Below are positions 27,890 through 32,000 of a stretch of 32,000 bases of DNA, one piece after another. Location of the stretch: the NCBI RefSeq assembly GCF_023169545.1, contig NZ_AP019769.1, positions 510,001 to 542,000 of the forward strand, in the 5' to 3' direction. The DNA comes from Nanobdella aerobiophila (GTDB lineage: Archaea > Nanobdellota > Nanobdellia > Nanobdellales > Nanobdellaceae). The stretch's first letter is position 1. Each line of letters opens with the position of its first letter. The translations under genes were made by a program, and so were the position numbers. The notes below the pieces were generated by a model, which saw nothing but the letters and a program-made list of their open reading frames with translations, did no database searches and was not told the origin of the DNA.

Positions 27890-28756
27890 TTAAATTTTTT
27901 TAAATTCTAGAAGCAATAATTTTTTATTGTTATTATATATATAGTAGCTTCGTATATATTCTATATTATATTTTTTTATATAATCTATTATATTTTTTAT
28001 TATTTGATCATAATTATTTATATTATTATATAGCAAAATATATAATTTTCCACCTTTTCTTAATAAATAATCTGATTGGAAAAATATATATTTTTCTTTT
28101 TTAGATAATTCATATCTATTCTTAATTTTAAACACAAATATTCTATCTATGGATTCGCTTTTAAATTTTTGATCTAACCACTCTATATTGATCCTTCTAA
28201 ATATAGTTATATCATCGACTAATGCTTTTTCTGAATTTTTTTCTATTTTGTACAATAAATTCGGATCTTTATGGACACAATATATTTTTTTATCTACTTT
28301 ATTGTATATCTGAAAATCAATAGTATATTTTATATCTTTCATTTTCCAAAAGATTACAGGAATATTTTTCAATAATATCCCTTCTTCAATCGAAAAAGAA
28401 CCGTCATCCATCAGATTTAATATATTTTTTGCTTCATATATTCTAGATAAATATAATATTTTTGACACTAATGTAGATTTCAATCTATTTATATTAAAAA
28501 TATTATAATTTCTATTTGATAAGTTTATTCTGATCCTTTCAGATCCGCCTAATTTGTATATATTGTCTAAAGTTCTAGAATAATACATTAATCTTATTAT
28601 ATCTTCTTCCTCTAAATCCAATAATATATTTATCTTATTATTTATAATATTTATATCATAATTTATATCTTTATTTAATATATTTTTTATCTCATATAAT
28701 ATATATTCTTCTAAACCAATATCGGATTCACATATTACATTATAATTTTTTTCCAT
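27890..28756 (-). CDS. THUMP-type RNA methyltransferase-like protein, apparently catalytically degenerate
   Basis: Track ORF 27890..28825; likely real start at the internal ATG 28756 (MEKNYNVICESDIGLEEYILYEI). Order GLEE ... LKSTLVSKILYLSRI ... ILNLMDDGSFSIEEGIL ... LLRKGGKLYILL parallels the Trm14/TrmN layout, but the SAM and NPPY motifs are eroded. Confidence 0.5.
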   Translation of the reverse strand: MEKNYNVICESDIGLEEYILYEIKNILNKDINYDINIINNKINILLDLEEEDIIRLMYYSRTLDNIYKLGGSERIRINLSNRNYNIFNINRLKSTLVSKILYLSRIYEAKNILNLMDDGSFSIEEGILLKNIPVIFWKMKDIKYTIDFQIYNKVDKKIYCVHKDPNLLYKIEKNSEKALVDDITIFRRINIEWLDQKFKSESIDRIFVFKIKNRYELSKKEKYIFFQSDYLLRKGGKLYILLYNNINNYDQIIKNIIDYIKKYNIEYIRSYYIYNNNKKLLLLEFKKI

Positions 28757-28770
28757 AAAATATAATCTAT

Positions 28771-29163
28771 ATGATATATAGTTATATAATATATTATATA
28801 TTATATAGTATATTATTTTTTTCATTATATATAATAGTCTATATAAATTCTAGAAGAATAAAAGAAGATATAAACAAGTATCAAAAATACCTAATTATTT
28901 TATCAATATCTACATATATAATTGTAATAATATATTCTATATATAAAAATAATTATGACTATATTGGATTTATAATAATATTCATTTTATTTTTACTAAA
29001 CTTAAAATATAAAAACTTATATTTAAATATCCCATTAATATTGATTCTTTATAACATATTAAATTATAATTATCTAAACTATATAAATACCCCAATAATA
29101 ATATTAAATATTATATTTACAATAATGATATATTCAAATTATAAAGCCAAAAATAGTATATAA
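28771..29163 (+). CDS. Small polytopic membrane protein, unknown function
   Basis: 129 aa, four or more hydrophobic segments. Does not overlap the neighbour once that gene's start is corrected. Confidence 0.45.
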   Translation: MIYSYIIYYILYSILFFSLYIIVYINSRRIKEDINKYQKYLIILSISTYIIVIIYSIYKNNYDYIGFIIIFILFLLNLKYKNLYLNIPLILILYNILNYNYLNYINTPIIILNIIFTIMIYSNYKAKNSI

Positions 29164-29167
29164 TTTT

Positions 29168-29773
29168 ATGGACATAGAAGAAGCAATAATCAAGAGGAGA
29201 AGTTTTAGAGATTATTCAACTGATGATATACCATATGATGACATACTTGATATAATTAAAAAAGGCACCTTAGCGCCAATAGCTGGGAATCTTGACCATT
29301 ATAAATTTATAATAATAAAAAATCCAGAGACAATAGAAAAGATTTCGTCTGCAGCTAAACAAGAATTTATAAAAAAGGCAAATACATTGATTGTAATAAT
29401 ATCAAATGATCAAAAAATGATATCTTTTTATGGAAATAAAGGAAAAGAATATGCTCTACAAGATACTGCAGCAACAGCAGAAAATATTATCTTGTATGCA
29501 TTGAATAAAAATGTTGGAACGTGCTGGATTGGAAATTTCGATGAAGCTAAGATAAAGGAAATATTACAGATACCAAAAGAGTATAATGTACACATAATTA
29601 TAACTATGGGTTATATAAATAATACACCAAAAGAAACACCTAGAAAAAATTTAAATGAAATTGTATATTTTGAAAAATATGGAAATTCCTTATATAAACC
29701 ACAATATTACCCATTAATGAGCAATATAAAAAATATAATTAATTATCTTAAGAATGTATTTGAAAAACAATAG
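29168..29773 (+). CDS. Nitroreductase family protein
   Basis: 201 aa. AIIKRRSFRDYSTDDIPYDDILDIIKKGTLAPIAGNLDHYKFIII...DTAATAENIILYALNKNVGTCWIGNFDE. Confidence 0.92.
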   Translation: MDIEEAIIKRRSFRDYSTDDIPYDDILDIIKKGTLAPIAGNLDHYKFIIIKNPETIEKISSAAKQEFIKKANTLIVIISNDQKMISFYGNKGKEYALQDTAATAENIILYALNKNVGTCWIGNFDEAKIKEILQIPKEYNVHIIITMGYINNTPKETPRKNLNEIVYFEKYGNSLYKPQYYPLMSNIKNIINYLKNVFEKQ

Positions 29774-30607
29774 CTATATTAACTTTTTATCAATTAAAGC
29801 TTTTTGACCTGTAGGCAAGCTTGGGACTATGGTTTGTATTAATTGATCCAAGAATTTTGCTAATGCTGGAGCGTATAACCAAACAGCTACATCCATAGAG
29901 GACATAATCTCTTTTTCGTCAAATAACATCATCATCACTTCTTCAGAATCTATAGTAACTATTCTACCTCTAAAATCTGCTGCATCATATATTTCTACAT
30001 AATTTAACAATTCTTGAACATACTTTGCATTTTCATCCTTTATTGGAGTTATAATTCTAACAGTAACATTCCTTTCTTTTAATTCCATAAATACAGGTTT
30101 TAGTACTATTGCATCTCTAACAAAACTTAATTCTGTAGTAACTATATTTACTTGTTTTTCTGCTTCCTTTAACATAGTTTCTAAATGACTTATGATATTT
30201 TGTTGTCCCCTCAAAGCTCCTGATTTTTCTGAGATGTCTATTGAAGCAGCACCTGACTTGTGTATAGAATCTAATTCACCTACTAATGGAGAATCCTTTA
30301 ATTTCTCTAACTCTGACACTTTCCTATTTACAACTTCTTCATATCTCTTTCTTACCCTCTCAACAACCTCACTTGGAGGTATTGCTAAGTATTTGATTGG
30401 CTTCCCAAGCTTCATAACAACAAAACCTTTTTTTTCTAAAGACTCTAGAACGTCATATGCTCTAGATCTTGGTATATCTGCCAAATCTGCTAATTCACCA
30501 GCAGTTGCAACACCCTTTGATAGTAATGCTAACCATATCCTGGCTTCATATGTATTCAAATTAAAAGAAGATTTTACTTTATTCACTAACTCATCATTTA
30601 CAATCAT
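29774..30607 (-). CDS. TrmB family transcriptional regulator
   Basis: 277 aa. LNTYEARIWLALLSKGVATAGELADLADIPRSRAYDVLESLEKKGFVVMKLGKPIKYLAIPP, a TrmB wHTH, plus a C-terminal effector-like domain. Confidence 0.9.
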   Translation of the reverse strand: MIVNDELVNKVKSSFNLNTYEARIWLALLSKGVATAGELADLADIPRSRAYDVLESLEKKGFVVMKLGKPIKYLAIPPSEVVERVRKRYEEVVNRKVSELEKLKDSPLVGELDSIHKSGAASIDISEKSGALRGQQNIISHLETMLKEAEKQVNIVTTELSFVRDAIVLKPVFMELKERNVTVRIITPIKDENAKYVQELLNYVEIYDAADFRGRIVTIDSEEVMMMLFDEKEIMSSMDVAVWLYAPALAKFLDQLIQTIVPSLPTGQKALIDKKLI

Positions 30608-30645
30608 ATAATATATATAGATAACAAAGGGTTTAAAAACTATCC

Positions 30646-32000
30646 TTATGATTTTTGATTCCTATATAGATCGTATAATCTATTTATATCATCTATATCC
30701 TCTATAGACTTATCTGGCCTTAGTCTGACGAATCTTGGAAATCTTAAGGCAAATCCAGATGAATATTTAGGACTTTTCTGTATTTCGTCATACAATACCT
30801 CTATTACAATTTTTGGAATTATTTTTACCATTTTTCCATCTTCTTCCCTAATCAATGGTTTTAAAATTTTAGTCATATCCTCAAATGTTATATCATCTTC
30901 CGATTCTTTCTTTTCCTTTAAACCACTACTAACCTCTCCAACTTCTAATAATTTGCCTGTCTCTCTATCTAATATAGATATTATATATGATGTTAACCAG
31001 CCACCTCTCTTTCCTTCCCCCCATTCTGCACCAGTTATAACAACATCAATTGATTCCTTTACAGGCTTTAATTTTACCATATACCCAACCCTTCTGCCCG
31101 GCTGATATTTTGCATCTAATTTTTTAAACATTATACCTTCTAAACCATTTCTTATAGCATCATTGAAAAAATTATTTGCTTCTTCTTCTGAATCTGTTAT
31201 CTTACCTTCGGATACCGATATCTTATTCTCATCTTCCTTTACTATAGATTTTAATAAATCTCTTCTTTCCTTAAAAGGCACATTTAGTAAGGAATTATCA
31301 TAATAGATTATATCAAATAATCTAACGACAACTGGTATCTCCTTTACCATTTTTTCTATATTATATTTTCTTCTAATTCTTTGTGAGATCTTTTGGAATG
31401 GCAGATATTTTCTATCATGATATCCTACAATTTCTCCTTCGACCAAGAAATCCTTATCCATCGGTAAACATTCTTTAATAAATTCTATAACATCTGGAAA
31501 TTGATCTGTAACATTTTCTAATCTTCTAGTCCATAAAGATATTTCATTACCCTTTTTATGTATTTGTACTCTAAATCCATCATATTTATATTCAATCATC
31601 GCAGGTCTCCCAACAACATCAAATGCTTCTTTAGCACTATCTGCTTTTATAGCCAACATAACCTTTATTGGCCTACCCAATATTGGAGAGATATTGTATA
31701 TAGCTTCACTTCCTTTTTCCAATATTAACTTTACTACTTCTCCGAAATCATTTAATATAAAATATGCTTTTTCAATATCTTCTGATCTAAAATTAAAGGC
31801 TTTAGCTATAGAATCTATTATTATTCCTTCTCCTACTCCGATCTTCAAATCTTCTAAGGATAATCTTGCAATATATCTGGCTTCTAATGGAGTAGAAGAT
31901 ACAAATAAATTTGCTAGGTATCTTATTTTTTTATCTTGAGCGCCCTCTCCCCCTAATAAACCTATTGATCTAAATGTATCATATACATCTTTTATAGATA
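30646..32000 (-). CDS. lig: ATP-dependent DNA ligase, N-terminus beyond right edge
   Basis: Adenylation motif AMIEYKYDGFRVQIHK; GEGKRGGWLTSY, YSSGFALRFPRF. The track start at 31848 is an internal TTG; the same frame stays open to base 32000 (...IKDVYDTFRSIGLLGGEGAQDKKIRYLANLFVSSTPLEARYIARLSLEDLKIGVGEG...). Confidence 0.95.
   Translation of the reverse strand, partial: SIKDVYDTFRSIGLLGGEGAQDKKIRYLANLFVSSTPLEARYIARLSLEDLKIGVGEGIIIDSIAKAFNFRSEDIEKAYFILNDFGEVVKLILEKGSEAIYNISPILGRPIKVMLAIKADSAKEAFDVVGRPAMIEYKYDGFRVQIHKKGNEISLWTRRLENVTDQFPDVIEFIKECLPMDKDFLVEGEIVGYHDRKYLPFQKISQRIRRKYNIEKMVKEIPVVVRLFDIIYYDNSLLNVPFKERRDLLKSIVKEDENKISVSEGKITDSEEEANNFFNDAIRNGLEGIMFKKLDAKYQPGRRVGYMVKLKPVKESIDVVITGAEWGEGKRGGWLTSYIISILDRETGKLLEVGEVSSGLKEKKESEDDITFEDMTKILKPLIREEDGKMVKIIPKIVIEVLYDEIQKSPKYSSGFALRFPRFVRLRPDKSIEDIDDINRLYDLYRNQKS

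Noticed and set aside
28756-28825. N-terminal 23 aa (MKKIIYYIIYNILYNYISYRLYF) of the 311-aa ORF
   Set aside because: Low-complexity AT-driven extension overlapping the divergent gene; the THUMP-like sequence begins at the next Met.
31848-31848. Ligase start at 31848
   Set aside because: It is an internal TTG; the frame continues without a stop to the window edge with typical ligase N-terminal sequence, so the gene is truncated by the window and not short.
30192-31939. Plus-strand ORFs 30192-30611 and 31694-31939
   Set aside because: Antisense to the TrmB-family regulator and the DNA ligase.
1-32000. CRISPR array, transposon or integrase
   Set aside because: No regularly spaced repeats, no transposase/integrase motifs and no terminal inverted repeats were seen by eye; an automated repeat search would be needed to exclude short or degenerate elements.

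Overview
AT-rich window of archaeal gene content, probably from a small-genome hyperthermophile of Nanoarchaeota/DPANN type. That lineage guess rests on reverse-gyrase topoisomerase sequence, taw1, L7Ae, aEF1B, an archaeal class III pilin and split genes. Main content: (1) a tightly overlapping minus-strand type I restriction-modification operon: wHTH-HsdM, a small PD-(D/E)XK nuclease, HsdS, HsdR, then a YgjP-like metallopeptidase running off the left edge. The HsdR nuclease motif reads D...EIE where D...ExK is expected, while the small embedded nuclease keeps an intact D...EVK. This suggests the cleavage function may have been moved to a separate subunit. (2) Two genes that are normally fused or contiguous are split: the ADP-forming acyl-CoA synthetase alpha chain (halves separated by an opposite-strand coiled-coil gene) and reverse gyrase (topoisomerase half only). 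(3) Three tRNAs: Arg-CCT, a Val-CAC-like tRNA with an abnormal anticodon loop, and Gln-CTG. (4) Translation/RNA-modification genes: taw1, a Trm10-like gene, rpl7ae, a TRAM protein, aEF1B, a small Zn-ribbon gene missed by the ORF track, and an apparently dead THUMP-type methyltransferase. (5) ppsA, a GT-B glycosyltransferase, a nitroreductase, a TrmB-family regulator, a DNA ligase truncated by the right edge, a TauE/SafE-like permease, a half-size TadC/T2SF protein and a pilin. (6) A roughly 700 bp decayed intergenic region containing a VapC/PIN remnant and a GC-rich patch. No CRISPR array or intact transposon was seen. All assignments come from reading motifs by eye; no database searches were run.
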